DNA of 38,685 bases from a virus. Taxonomy: Duplodnaviria > Caudoviricetes. This document shows, one piece after another, positions 1-9,291 of the stretch. The position numbers and the translations under genes are program-made. The stretch lies in IMG/VR virus record IMGVR_UViG_3300047399_000093, positions 1 to 38,685 of that record; one strand, 5' to 3'. The notes beneath the pieces were generated by a model that was given only the letters and a program-made list of their open reading frames with translations, had not been told where the DNA came from and made no database searches. How positions within the stretch are numbered: the first letter of the stretch is position 1; every line of letters begins with the position of its first letter.

Positions 1-229
1 AGGTAATGCCGCCGCCGCCGCCGCCGCCACCCTTGGGCCTGTTGGTGCCGCCTGCGGCACCGCCACCGCCGCCGCCACCGCCAAGCAGCAGCACTTCGAT
101 GTCGTAGACAAACGGCCAGATGTTATTGCGGCGAGCGTCTTGGACCTCATCCATCCGCCAGATGCCGGATGCGCTTGATTGTGTCGGGACGTTGCCAACC
201 CCGAGGACGCCTCCTTGTGTCCTGCTCAT
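1..229 (-). CDS. Glycine-rich virion/tail-associated protein (5' part only; runs off the window)
   Basis: ATG at 229 overlaps the stop of the upstream gene (ATGA). It reads MSRTQGGVLGVGNVPTQSSASGIWRMDEVQDARRNNIWPFVYDIEVLLLGGGGGGG..., typical of phage Gly-rich domain proteins. Not in the ORF track because it is truncated. Confidence 0.75.
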   Translation of the reverse strand, partial: MSRTQGGVLGVGNVPTQSSASGIWRMDEVQDARRNNIWPFVYDIEVLLLGGGGGGGGAAGGTNRPKGGGGGGGGIT

Positions 230-591
230 CCGATTTCATCCCACGCGATGATGTACTCCAGCTTGTTGGCAGTGTTTGCCAAGCCGCTGATCTTGTCGCC
301 TTCTTCCAGGGTGAGCATCGAATCCTTGGCGACGACAACCAAAGTGCTCTTTGCAGGCACTGTCACCTGGAAGGCGACATTGCGAGCAGTGGTCCGGCTG
401 GCATCGTAGAACGTGATCGTTACGTTATACGCAGTGCTCGCGTCAGTATTGGAGATGTAAAGCGAGTTGATCCGCAGAACCTTATTTGAGCTGGCACCAT
501 TGACCAGCAGATCAGCAGAGCTGGCGGTCAGGATCCCTGAATCGCTCTTGCTGTAGATCGAGGCGACTTGAACGATGTTTGGGGCTGTCAT
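226..591 (-). CDS. Small beta-rich virion protein (tail/fibre associated)
   Basis: 121 aa, tightly packed in the tail operon, with beta-strand-like composition (MTAPNIVQVASIY...LEEGDKI). Confidence 0.7.
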   Translation of the reverse strand: MTAPNIVQVASIYSKSDSGILTASSADLLVNGASSNKVLRINSLYISNTDASTAYNVTITFYDASRTTARNVAFQVTVPAKSTLVVVAKDSMLTLEEGDKISGLANTANKLEYIIAWDEIG

Positions 592-594
592 GGT

Positions 595-1554
595 CTATCC
601 AAAAATGGTGGAGAGGGCAGCTGCAATGCCAACCAACCGACCCTGAATCTGCTGGTTGACAAGTGGTGTGACGGCCTGCGCCGTCCGCAGTGGTGTCATC
701 AGCTTGTTGTTGCTGGTGCCGGCAGCGGCATCCGCTTCTGTCGCCAGCAGCGAGGTGATCGCCTGCCCGGTGCGCAACGGCGTCATCAGCCTGCTGTTGC
801 TGGCCTGCGCTTCGGCCTCACCCTGAGTCGCCAGCTGAGCCGCCAGCGCCTGGGCCGTTCGCTGTGGCGTCATCAACGCGCTGTTGCTGCTGCCGGCTTC
901 CGCTTCTGCCTGGGTGGCGAACAGAGATGCGATTTCCTGAGCCACCCGCAGCGGCGACATCACCTTGTCGGCCGCTGTCCTGGTCTCGGCCTCCGCCTGC
1001 GTCGCGAAGTCTGCCGCGATCGTGCGGTTCGCGCTGAGGTCACCGCCGCCGGTCAGGCCGGTACCGGCGAACACGGTCCGGTTGCCACGCACGAACGCCT
1101 GCACCAGCACCCAGGCGGTGGTCGCCAGCCTGGTGCTGTTGTCGCCAGCGTCGGGCGTCGGAGCCGTGGGCGTGCCCGTCAGAGCCGGGCTGTCGAGCGG
1201 CGCCCGGCTGGTGTCGGTCGGGTGACGGTGATCGGCCCTGGCCAGCCTGGTGCTGGTGCCGACTGCCGCGACGCCATCCATCGTCGGCGCCACAACGCTG
1301 AGCATCCCCAGCAGGTAGGCCGCCGTGATGATCTGCTGGCTGTCGCTGTCCAGGGCCGGCGTGGGGGCCGTCGGCGTGCCGGTCAGCCCCGGGCTCGCCA
1401 GAGGCGCCAGCAGTTGCACCGCTGCCACCAGGGCCGCCACATCGCCATCAATCGCATCGAGCGCGCTGCGCAGTCGCACCACGTCCTCGTTCAGGAGGTT
1501 CGATGCCGCCGGTTTGGCGTAGCTCCTTACTGGTGTCCGGTCGTCAATCGTCAT
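595..1554 (-). CDS. Tail fibre protein with internal repeats
   Basis: Two APL(A/D)SPxLTGTPTAPT fibre repeats, a GTGLTGGGDLSANRT motif and four ~29-aa ATQAEAEAG..MTPLRTAQA repeats. Confidence 0.8.
   Translation of the reverse strand: MTIDDRTPVRSYAKPAASNLLNEDVVRLRSALDAIDGDVAALVAAVQLLAPLASPGLTGTPTAPTPALDSDSQQIITAAYLLGMLSVVAPTMDGVAAVGTSTRLARADHRHPTDTSRAPLDSPALTGTPTAPTPDAGDNSTRLATTAWVLVQAFVRGNRTVFAGTGLTGGGDLSANRTIAADFATQAEAETRTAADKVMSPLRVAQEIASLFATQAEAEAGSSNSALMTPQRTAQALAAQLATQGEAEAQASNSRLMTPLRTGQAITSLLATEADAAAGTSNNKLMTPLRTAQAVTPLVNQQIQGRLVGIAAALSTIFG
597..1015 (-). repeat. Four tandem ~87-bp (29-aa) coding repeats in the tail fibre
   Basis: FATQAEAETRTAADKVMSPLRVAQEIASL / FATQAEAEAGSSNSALMTPQRTAQALAAQ / LATQGEAEAQASNSRLMTPLRTGQAITSL / LATEADAAAGTSNNKLMTPLRTAQAVTPL; boundaries approximate. 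Confidence 0.8.
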
Positions 1555-1555
1555 T

Positions 1556-4500
1556 TCAGATCACCACCCCGCGAAGCTGACGCACCAGCGGGCGGGCCGC
1601 CGGAGTTCCGTTCAGGGTAAGGCGCACCCGAGTGGTGGAGCCGCCGGCCGTGAAGCTGGAGACCGTGTGGTTGAACTCGGCCCAGCCGTCGCCGATCGAG
1701 GTGCTGGAGGTCTGGCTGACCGTCTGCCAGGTGCTGTCGCTCTTCTGGATCTCCACCACCACGCTGGCGGCTGCGGGGATCAGGCCCTCATACGTGATGC
1801 TCACCCTCTTGTTCGCCGCGCAGGTGAACGCCCTGGAGACGTAGGTGGCACTCGTCGGCGTGTTGCCCAGGACCACCTGCGTGCCGGCGAACACGTAGGG
1901 GCTCTCGGTGCTGGTACCGGTCAGCAGCATCGACAGGCTCATTCCCTGCGTGATGCGATCGGTCAGCTGCACCCGCCCGTCGGGGCCACCGCTGATCGTG
2001 GTCTCATTGTCGAGGGTGTAGACGAAGCTCACATCGGTGGCGGACGTGGGCCGCTCGACGTTGGCGATCGTCAGCAGGTCGGAGGTCAGGCCCGGGGCGA
2101 CACGGATGGTGCCGGTGGCGGGCGTCGTCGGGCTTCCCGAGACGGTGAAGGTAATGGTGTTGGCATCGACGACGGTGATCGTTTGCGCGCCGTTGTAGGC
2201 GGTCTGCGTCGCGCCGCTCACGACCACGGTGTCGCCGGTGCTGATGCCCAGCGCCGCCACGATGCCGGTGCTCACCAGCGTGGCGGTGGTGCTGCTGCGG
2301 GTCAGGCTCGATGCCGTCGCGAAGCTGATCGGGCCCAGGTTGACCGTCTGGCTGGTGCTGCTGAACGCCGCGGCGTTCAGGCGGAACGTCAGGTCGGCTT
2401 CCTGGAATGCGGTCCAGGTAGATGCGTTGCTCGACTTCAGCAGCACACCGACGGTGTAGGGCTGCGAGGTGACGAACTGCTGGGCCACCGCGTCGTACTT
2501 CCCACCCTCGGCGATGGCGACCGCATGGTTCGCGTCGTCGGTGAGCAACACCATCGCGTACTCGACATCGGCCTGCAGCCAGACCGGACGGTCGAGGGTG
2601 ATGCGTGTCCAGCCGGTGGTCGTCACACCGACCATCGACAGCTTGCCCTCCGCCAGCGAGATGGAGGTCGGCAGGCCCAGCTCCGTCTCGCGGATCTGCA
2701 GGATCACCGAGTTGGCGGTGTTGCCGATCGTCTTGAACTGCACGTCGACGCTGGTCATCCAGCGGGGCTGCTCAAGGCGGAACGTCTGCGCGAGGGGATC
2801 GATCGCGCTCTTGCACCGCTTCCGCCGGATCCGGCTGACGGTGATCTCCTCCCCTTCGCCATAGAACTCGGCCTGGCCGGCAGTGCCCTGGTTGCCCAGG
2901 CAGGTGACGGCCTTGATGCCCGTCGGGACATTGGCCGGAATCGTGAAGGTGCCGGTGAGCACACCGCTGCCGTTGGCGGTGGGCGCCGGGGAGGGGAGCA
3001 CACTGATGCCGTCGAACAGGAGCTGCGTCAGCTGCTCGCCGGACTTGAAGCCGGCCCCTGTGAAGGACACGGCCACCTGCCGCATGAACTGCGCAGGCTC
3101 GGTGTTCACGTCGGTTCGCTTGAGGCGACGCCACCATTTCCGGCCACTGACCCAGGTGGCGAGATTCAGCGTGGTGTTCCCGCTGCCGGTGACGGTGATG
3201 CTGTCCTCGTCCTGGGTGACGGTGAGGTTGGACAGGTTGGGCTTCCAGCCCCAGAACCACCACCGCTTCGCCCACCACGACCGCTTCTTGAAGACTGCCA
3301 GGGAGATGTCGACCTCAGTCCAGCGGTCGACGGCAGGGTTGAGGGTGATCGTCGCACCGAGGGGCGAGAAGGACTGGTAGGGGTTGATCCGCTCGGTGCC
3401 GGTCGACAGCTCCTGGCGCAGCACCGTGGTCTGCGTGAAGGGCAGGATCGCGTCGGTGCTGTTGTTGGTCGTCGGCAGGAACGGCGACGGCAGCATCGGG
3501 AGCATCAGCACACCGTCGACGATCGCCGCGGTTTGGCTGATGCCTGCATCGCGCAGGTCGTCGTCGAGGAAGGGATCGACGAAGATGCCCAGCTTGGAGC
3601 TCGGTTCGCTGCTGGCGATGTTGCGCTCCAGCCGCTCCAGGCTGACCAGCTCGAACAGGTCGTTGATCAGGCTGCGCATCTGCTGCAGCTGCGAGAAGGG
3701 GATCGCCTTGATCCCGTCATTGTTCACCACCGGCGTGCCCACCCACGTGCGCGAGACGGTCGCCAGGCTGAGCAGGCTCTCGGGGATGATCGGCGGCTGC
3801 GGGACATACCGGCTGGCCAGGCCCTTCACCCGCTGGAACGCACCGGTCTTGTCGATGCAGATCCGATCCAGGCGGGGGAGCTTCCACCGGTAATCGGTGA
3901 GGATCAGGGTGCCGGCGACAGCACCGTCAACGGTGAAGGTGCCGGCGTCGAGGTTCACGTTCTGCGGCGTGACGCTGGCGAGGTAGCGGTACTTCACCGT
4001 GTAGCTGCTGCCACTCGACGGCTCGGAGCCAGCAGGACTCCAGTCCACCTTGTCGCCGTTGAGGAAGTAATCGGTGGTGGCGGTGTAGGTGGTGCCGCCC
4101 ATCTTCACCTCGACGATGCTCACGACGGAGACATCAGGGAGGGCATCCTGGCCGCCGGTTGCGCCACCACGGGTGAGGGTGACGGTCTTCTCCAGCGTCG
4201 CCACCACACCGAGGATCTGCTGGACCGGATAGCGGTTCAGCTGAATCGGGCTGGTGTTGTTGACGTAGGTGTCAGGCTCGCTGGTGACCTGCTCCAGATC
4301 GGGGTCGTCGGCGTAGGTGAGGCGACTGGCCGAGGGCTTGTCGACCTTGTAGCCGAAGATGTTCCCGACGCCTTCGGTGACGCTGAAGACGCCAGAGCCG
4401 AGCGCCAGGACGTTCAGGCCCTGGACGATGTAATTGCCGTTGCTCTCACGGTCGTAGCGGGCTAGTGCCTCGTAGAAGGCGTTGTCGGTGCCGGATGTCG

Positions 4501-5002
4501 TCTGGGTGAAGAGGTTCCCATTGACGACCAGGTAGACGCTGAAGAACTCGCCGGTCAGCTCGCCCTCGCGGCCCCAGACGGGGGTGACCTGCAGGCGGCC
4601 GGCGCCGGGCTCGTTGAAGTTCCTGGTCCCCGGAGCAGGGTCGCGCAGGGTGCTGTCGTCGTCCTCGGTCAGCTCGACGCTTTGGAGGAACACGCCGATC
4701 CGCACCAGGCCGCTGGTCGGGATCGTGAATGTACGGGCCGGTACCTCGCGCACCGCACCTCGGATGTAGATCCTCGAGTCGGGACAGGTTGTGACGCCAG
4801 TGCTGGGATTGATCAGCGGCGGCGTGCCGGCGATGACCGTGCCATCGCGGAACACGGCATTGGCGATCCGCGTCAGCCGATCGATCAGGGTGCTCTGGAC
4901 TTCGTTCAGCTCAGCGGACTGCAGACCCTTGCTGGCGCGGAACAGCAGCTCGTCGTAGCGATCGGTCGCGTCGAACCGGTTGTAGTAGCCCTGGAGTGTC
5001 AT
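1556..5002 (-). CDS. Large baseplate/tail protein, DUF4815 family
   Basis: N-terminal YYNRFD...LFRASKGLQSAELNEVQS, internal GIFVDPFLDD and DPLAQTF motifs; positioned after P2-type I/J genes. Confidence 0.85.
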   Translation of the reverse strand: MTLQGYYNRFDATDRYDELLFRASKGLQSAELNEVQSTLIDRLTRIANAVFRDGTVIAGTPPLINPSTGVTTCPDSRIYIRGAVREVPARTFTIPTSGLVRIGVFLQSVELTEDDDSTLRDPAPGTRNFNEPGAGRLQVTPVWGREGELTGEFFSVYLVVNGNLFTQTTSGTDNAFYEALARYDRESNGNYIVQGLNVLALGSGVFSVTEGVGNIFGYKVDKPSASRLTYADDPDLEQVTSEPDTYVNNTSPIQLNRYPVQQILGVVATLEKTVTLTRGGATGGQDALPDVSVVSIVEVKMGGTTYTATTDYFLNGDKVDWSPAGSEPSSGSSYTVKYRYLASVTPQNVNLDAGTFTVDGAVAGTLILTDYRWKLPRLDRICIDKTGAFQRVKGLASRYVPQPPIIPESLLSLATVSRTWVGTPVVNNDGIKAIPFSQLQQMRSLINDLFELVSLERLERNIASSEPSSKLGIFVDPFLDDDLRDAGISQTAAIVDGVLMLPMLPSPFLPTTNNSTDAILPFTQTTVLRQELSTGTERINPYQSFSPLGATITLNPAVDRWTEVDISLAVFKKRSWWAKRWWFWGWKPNLSNLTVTQDEDSITVTGSGNTTLNLATWVSGRKWWRRLKRTDVNTEPAQFMRQVAVSFTGAGFKSGEQLTQLLFDGISVLPSPAPTANGSGVLTGTFTIPANVPTGIKAVTCLGNQGTAGQAEFYGEGEEITVSRIRRKRCKSAIDPLAQTFRLEQPRWMTSVDVQFKTIGNTANSVILQIRETELGLPTSISLAEGKLSMVGVTTTGWTRITLDRPVWLQADVEYAMVLLTDDANHAVAIAEGGKYDAVAQQFVTSQPYTVGVLLKSSNASTWTAFQEADLTFRLNAAAFSSTSQTVNLGPISFATASSLTRSSTTATLVSTGIVAALGISTGDTVVVSGATQTAYNGAQTITVVDANTITFTVSGSPTTPATGTIRVAPGLTSDLLTIANVERPTSATDVSFVYTLDNETTISGGPDGRVQLTDRITQGMSLSMLLTGTSTESPYVFAGTQVVLGNTPTSATYVSRAFTCAANKRVSITYEGLIPAAASVVVEIQKSDSTWQTVSQTSSTSIGDGWAEFNHTVSSFTAGGSTTRVRLTLNGTPAARPLVRQLRGVVI

Positions 5003-5490
5003 CAGTAGGTCACCACGAACTCAAACAGTTGGCGAGTGGTCACCTCGCGAAGGATCGGATTGCCGTTCTGCAGAACAATCAGACGACCTGGATTGCTGAT
5101 CTGTCCTGGAGTGAGATAGGCCAGCGAGTTGGACACCCCAGCGTTCCTGACTGTGTTGAGGAAGATTCCCTGCTCGCGGATCGTTTGGCCGACTGCATCA
5201 CCGAACTCGAAGAAGAACTTGAAGTAGAGGTTCGACGATGGCGTGTTCGTCAGGGAGAACTGGCCATTAGGGACCACGATCGCGCCGGCTGCATCGGGCA
5301 CGCAGAAGCGCACCTCGGTCACCTCTCGCCGGCCGATCTCCGCCACGAGTGCCGTGGCTGTCGTCGACGGACTGGGGGGCGAGGTGCCCCAGGAGGCATC
5401 GCCGGTGCCCCATGCCATGTGAATGGCAGCCGATGCCTTGATGGCCTCGGCAATGGCCACGCGTCCAGCCAGCGTCAGAACTGCAGCCAT
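5002..5490 (-). CDS. Baseplate/tail-collar-like structural protein
   Basis: MAAVLTLAGRVAIA...HMAWGTGDASW...TIREQGIF; a gene type that precedes DUF4815 genes; stop/start overlap. Confidence 0.7.
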   Translation of the reverse strand: MAAVLTLAGRVAIAEAIKASAAIHMAWGTGDASWGTSPPSPSTTATALVAEIGRREVTEVRFCVPDAAGAIVVPNGQFSLTNTPSSNLYFKFFFEFGDAVGQTIREQGIFLNTVRNAGVSNSLAYLTPGQISNPGRLIVLQNGNPILREVTTRQLFEFVVTY

Positions 5491-5517
5491 TGGATCAGAG
5501 CCCTTGGGTCATCATAG

Positions 5518-6360
5518 TCACGTGATCGTAGTGATCTTCCCGCCAGCAGCATCGGCGCTGCCATCCCACCTCTGCGTAGACCACGGTGTTTCGCCCCATC
5601 TCACCTCCACCGTTCGCGACACGCTGCCTGAGATCACGTCCACGCGGCTGATCGGATCGTTCAGCAGGTGCCACTCCTCGTCGATGAAGCTGTGGTCCAG
5701 CAGGAAGGTGTCGATGTAGGGGACCAGGGCAGCGTGCGCCGTCGTGATCCCTGGTGCCACGGTGCCGGTGGCATCGATCAACGTGCGGCGGTAATCGCCG
5801 AAGCTGATCTGCGGGCCATCGTCACCCAGCGGCCTGGTGCCGGTGTGATCGCTGAGCGGGCTGCCCTCGCTCAGCAGGCTGTCGTCGAGGATGAAGCGGC
5901 GGTGGTCGTAGACGCTGAAGATCCGCTGCAGCCTGGACCGAACCGGCTGGCTGATCGTCGTCACGCCGACGATCCGGGTGAGATTCTGCAGGCCCTGCAC
6001 CGGGGCCGGCAGGCCCAGCTGGTACTCCGCCCAGCGGTAGCTGCCGCCTTCGCTCTCGTCGATCGTGCCGCTGATGCCCAGCCAGCTCAGGCCGATCAGG
6101 ATGGCCTGCGGGGTGCCGCGCACGCGCTGCCATGCGATCCCATCGGCCAGCGTCAGGCGGGCATCCGGCAGGTACTCCAGAACCTCCGCCAGCCCGTATT
6201 CGTAGATCAGCCAGGGGACAACGGCGTCGGGAATGTCGAGCCGCTTCGCAGTTCGGATGGTCGGCACCGTCCGGCCGATCCGCTCCAAAAAAGACGTGGC
6301 TCGCGAGAAGTCGCGCTCCAGCGGCGTCGCATTTGGTGGCAGGAGGTCGTAGCGGCTCAT
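5518..6360 (-). CDS. P2 gpI-like tail/baseplate protein
   Basis: LLPPNATPLER...VPWLIYEYGL...RGTP N-terminal signature; follows gpJ. Confidence 0.85.
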   Translation of the reverse strand: MSRYDLLPPNATPLERDFSRATSFLERIGRTVPTIRTAKRLDIPDAVVPWLIYEYGLAEVLEYLPDARLTLADGIAWQRVRGTPQAILIGLSWLGISGTIDESEGGSYRWAEYQLGLPAPVQGLQNLTRIVGVTTISQPVRSRLQRIFSVYDHRRFILDDSLLSEGSPLSDHTGTRPLGDDGPQISFGDYRRTLIDATGTVAPGITTAHAALVPYIDTFLLDHSFIDEEWHLLNDPISRVDVISGSVSRTVEVRWGETPWSTQRWDGSADAAGGKITTIT

Positions 6361-7331
6361 CAGCGGTCACGACCCGCGAGGGTCAGCGACACGGTGCCGA
6401 GGGCCGGCGCTTGATTCGGTGAACAGATGACATTCGCTGCCGGTGCTGTCAAGACGACCCGCTGCACGCCGGCCGGATGGAGCTGTGCGATCAGCCACGT
6501 CTGGGTCACATCCCAGCCGAGGCCCGACTGCGCATCGAAGGCGTCGCGCAGTCGCTGCTCCAGTCCGTCGAACACTGCCGACGGCGACTCGGGGTAGAGC
6601 CACACCTGAGCCGTCACGTTCACCGGGACGATCTCGGCGCCAACGACGGTCAGCACGTCGGTGATCACCCGCACGTCGTCTGCCTGCAGGCGCTCATTCA
6701 CCGCCGCCACCAGCTCGGCGCTGGCGATGCCGTAGCCGCCACCCGCCACCACCTCCGCGAGGATGCGCGCGCGGTAGGCCTCGTCGCTCTCGCCCGTGGT
6801 GCGGACGATGCCGAAGGCGACCCCGAGCTGGTCAAGCGCGGCGCCGGCTGCGGCCGGCACCTGCTCCGCCTCCTTGCTCAGGATCGCCACCGCCACCTGC
6901 CCGGGTTCAGGGCTGGAGACGTTCGCATCCTTCACGCGCGGATCCGCCGCCAGGGCCTGGTAGCGATACCAGGCGCGGCCGCCGGCCGTGCTGCTGCCCA
7001 TGATCCGCTCGATGGTCCGCAGCCGCAGCGCATCGTCGCTCTCATCCTGCAGCCTGGTCACGCCGTAGAAGGCCGCCAGGTTGTCCATGTCGGCACCCAG
7101 GGCATAGCGCAACAGGGTGGCCTTGAGGGCGTCGTTGATCCGCTGCCGCAGGATCAGCTCGCGCGCGGCCGCGACCTCCAGGATCTTCACTCCGGGATCG
7201 CTTTCCAGGATCTCGGAGTAGGCCGGATCACGGGCCTGGAGGTCCGCGATCATCTCGCCGAGGATCGTCTCGAAATCCAGCTCCTCGACGATCGTCGGGT
7301 CTGGGATGACGCTGAAGTCGATCGTTGCCAT
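6360..7331 (-). CDS. Baseplate assembly protein J (P2 gpJ-like)
   Basis: Start re-placed at MATIDFSVIPDPTIVEELDFETIL (overlaps the gpW stop); motifs LESDPGVKILE, DNLAAFYGVTR, ESDDALRLR, STAG. Confidence 0.9.
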   Translation of the reverse strand: MATIDFSVIPDPTIVEELDFETILGEMIADLQARDPAYSEILESDPGVKILEVAAARELILRQRINDALKATLLRYALGADMDNLAAFYGVTRLQDESDDALRLRTIERIMGSSTAGGRAWYRYQALAADPRVKDANVSSPEPGQVAVAILSKEAEQVPAAAGAALDQLGVAFGIVRTTGESDEAYRARILAEVVAGGGYGIASAELVAAVNERLQADDVRVITDVLTVVGAEIVPVNVTAQVWLYPESPSAVFDGLEQRLRDAFDAQSGLGWDVTQTWLIAQLHPAGVQRVVLTAPAANVICSPNQAPALGTVSLTLAGRDR

Positions 7332-7672
7332 CAGATCACCAGCCCCTCGATCTCGACTCGTTTGCCGTTCAGCAGGTAGTAGCCAACGAGGCTGAGCTCG
7401 ATCTGGCCGCCTGGCGTCACGCTGTCGATCATCACCTTCTCCAGCCGCAGCCGTGGCTCCCACCGATCGAGCGCTTCAGCCGTCGCCGCCACCAGTTCGG
7501 ACACCAGGCTGCGGTTGATCGGCCGATCGACCAGGCGGGGGAGGCGGGTGCCGTAGTCGCGCCGATGGATCCGTGTCCCCACCGGCGTCGTGAGGATGTC
7601 CTGGATGCTCTGGCGCAGGTGGTCGAACCCACCCAGGGCCTGGCCGGTGTCGCGGCTCATCCCGCGTGCCAT
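7331..7672 (-). CDS. Baseplate wedge protein W (GPW/gp25 family)
   Basis: GMSRDTG..HLRQSIQDILTTPVGTRIHRRDYG...ALDRWEPRL. Confidence 0.93.
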   Translation of the reverse strand: MARGMSRDTGQALGGFDHLRQSIQDILTTPVGTRIHRRDYGTRLPRLVDRPINRSLVSELVAATAEALDRWEPRLRLEKVMIDSVTPGGQIELSLVGYYLLNGKRVEIEGLVI

Positions 7673-7685
7673 GTCGCCGCCTCCG

Positions 7686-8168
7686 TCATGGGTTCAGGTC
7701 GATTCTCTCACCGATGATGGTGACGTTGCCGGTGGCGCGGATCATGATGTCGCCATGCACGTCCAGCAGGTAGCGGCCTGCATCTCGGTCGTACTCGATC
7801 ACGGTGCCGTCGCTGAACTCGGTGCGCTGCACCGTCTCCCGGTTCGCGATCTGCGGGAACTCGCTGCTGATCTGCGCAGCCATCACCACGCCGTTGTGCA
7901 GCTCACCGCTGGGGGCCAGCACCAGCACCCGCTCGCCCACCTCCGGCGCCCACCAGAACTTGTCATTGCCGGAGCGGAGCGTGAGCCATGGCAGCCACGC
8001 CGTCTCCAGGTCGCCGTCCTGGATGTCGACCCGCAACAGGCCGTTTTCGTAATCGGCCTCCTTCACGAGGCCGTAGCGCATGAGGTTGTTGAGCGCACGT
8101 CCGTGGTTCGTGCTCTCGCGGCTGCCGACACCGGACGTCGTGTGATCGGCCCGGTTGATGCCAAGCAT
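7686..8168 (-). CDS. Baseplate spike protein V
   Basis: WLPWLTLRSG...WWAPEVGERVLVLAPSG...FSDGTVIEYDR. Confidence 0.92.
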   Translation of the reverse strand: MLGINRADHTTSGVGSRESTNHGRALNNLMRYGLVKEADYENGLLRVDIQDGDLETAWLPWLTLRSGNDKFWWAPEVGERVLVLAPSGELHNGVVMAAQISSEFPQIANRETVQRTEFSDGTVIEYDRDAGRYLLDVHGDIMIRATGNVTIIGERIDLNP

Positions 8169-8171
8169 CGC

Positions 8172-8513
8172 TCAGCCCCCGGCCTTCCAGTAGTAACGAA
8201 CGACCAGGGGGATGTCCGCGTCGGTTGGCGGCTCCTCGAGGCGGTTGCTCAGCAGCAGGCTGGAGGCAAGGAGTCGAACACCCTGGGCCAGGTTGTGAGG
8301 CAGCAGATCGGGCAGGGGGCGACCGAGAAAACGCTCGGCGGCAGTGGTGCTGAGCTGCAGTGCCGTGGCGATCTGCTCCGACGTGCCGGGCAGCTCGGCG
8401 CCCAGGAACTGGCTCAGTTCCGGCGCGGTGATCCAGGCCTCGTTCTCGGGGGTTGCGGGATCGTCTCCCAGATACTGCCCCTCCTCGTCGCGGGCGCGCT
8501 TGCGTGTGGCCAT
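8172..8513 (-). CDS. Hypothetical protein, possibly head-tail connector (gp6-like)
   Basis: Start MATRKRARDEEG overlaps the upstream stop; ITAPELSQFL...TAAERFLGR...QGVRLLAS resembles gp6-type helical connectors. Confidence 0.55.
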   Translation of the reverse strand: MATRKRARDEEGQYLGDDPATPENEAWITAPELSQFLGAELPGTSEQIATALQLSTTAAERFLGRPLPDLLPHNLAQGVRLLASSLLLSNRLEEPPTDADIPLVVRYYWKAGG

Positions 8514-9106
8514 CAGTTGATCGGCTCCTCTTGGCTGAACAGTTCGGCGTCTCCGATAGGGCAGGCTTCGCCGGTGTTGCCTGCAGGGCACCCTGCAGTG
8601 ACCTGGCCACCAGGGTAGGCGCCAGAGCGGTAGATGCTGTCGGGATCGGCCTGGACGTAGGGGTTGCTGCAGTCGCGGAACGGGGTGCGGTATTTCACGC
8701 CGTAGCGCAGCACGGTGGCGCCGGTGGTGAGGCTGCCGTTGAACTCAGGGTCGTCGGAGCGGGTGTCGATCAGGTGGGCATCAGAGGACTCGAAGCCGGG
8801 GATGACCCAGGCCTGGAGGCGGGCCTCGACGGCCGCGGCCATGTCGTCGAGCTCGGTGTCCAGGTCGTCGAACGACTGAGCGATGCAGATGACCGAGACG
8901 ATGCAGAGGCGCTCCTCGAAGCCGTTCCAACCGGAGGGGCTGCGCTCCTGCAGCTCTTCGCGGTCGCGGGTGTGAACCACGATCGCCGGCAGCTCCGGCT
9001 CCTCGACGGGCATCAGCCGGCCGGCGTTGACCCGCTCCTCTGCAGGAGTCGCGTCGATGAGCCGATCAACGAAGGCGGCGCGGATGCGGGAGCGAGGGTG
9101 GGTCAT
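8513..9106 (-). CDS. Tail terminator/completion protein (lambda gpU-like)
   Basis: HPRSRIRAAFVDRL...ELPAIVV...DTELDDMAAAVE; position in the neck module. Confidence 0.65.
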   Translation of the reverse strand: MTHPRSRIRAAFVDRLIDATPAEERVNAGRLMPVEEPELPAIVVHTRDREELQERSPSGWNGFEERLCIVSVICIAQSFDDLDTELDDMAAAVEARLQAWVIPGFESSDAHLIDTRSDDPEFNGSLTTGATVLRYGVKYRTPFRDCSNPYVQADPDSIYRSGAYPGGQVTAGCPAGNTGEACPIGDAELFSQEEPIN

Positions 9107-9291
9107 GCCCCGAAGATGATCGTGAATGCCACGTTGAGCTGCCGGGCCTGCGTGTTGCTGACACCGCCATCACCCCATTGTGGAGGGTTGAGCGGTCCCT
9201 GTGAGACAGGGACCTGCCCAACGGTGCCCGCGCTGCCATTAAGTAGCAGCGGGGCATTGATGTCTGGAGAACTCAGGTGAGCGCGGGCCAT
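9103..9291 (-). CDS. Small virion-associated protein
   Basis: 62 aa, overlaps both neighbours; GSAGTVGQVPVSQG..PQW fibre-like motif. Confidence 0.6.
   Translation of the reverse strand: MARAHLSSPDINAPLLLNGSAGTVGQVPVSQGPLNPPQWGDGGVSNTQARQLNVAFTIIFGA

Noticed and set aside
1-5002. Diversity-generating retroelement or invertible tail-fibre cassette
   Set aside because: No reverse transcriptase, invertase or TR/VR pair is seen; the repeats are ordinary fibre repeats
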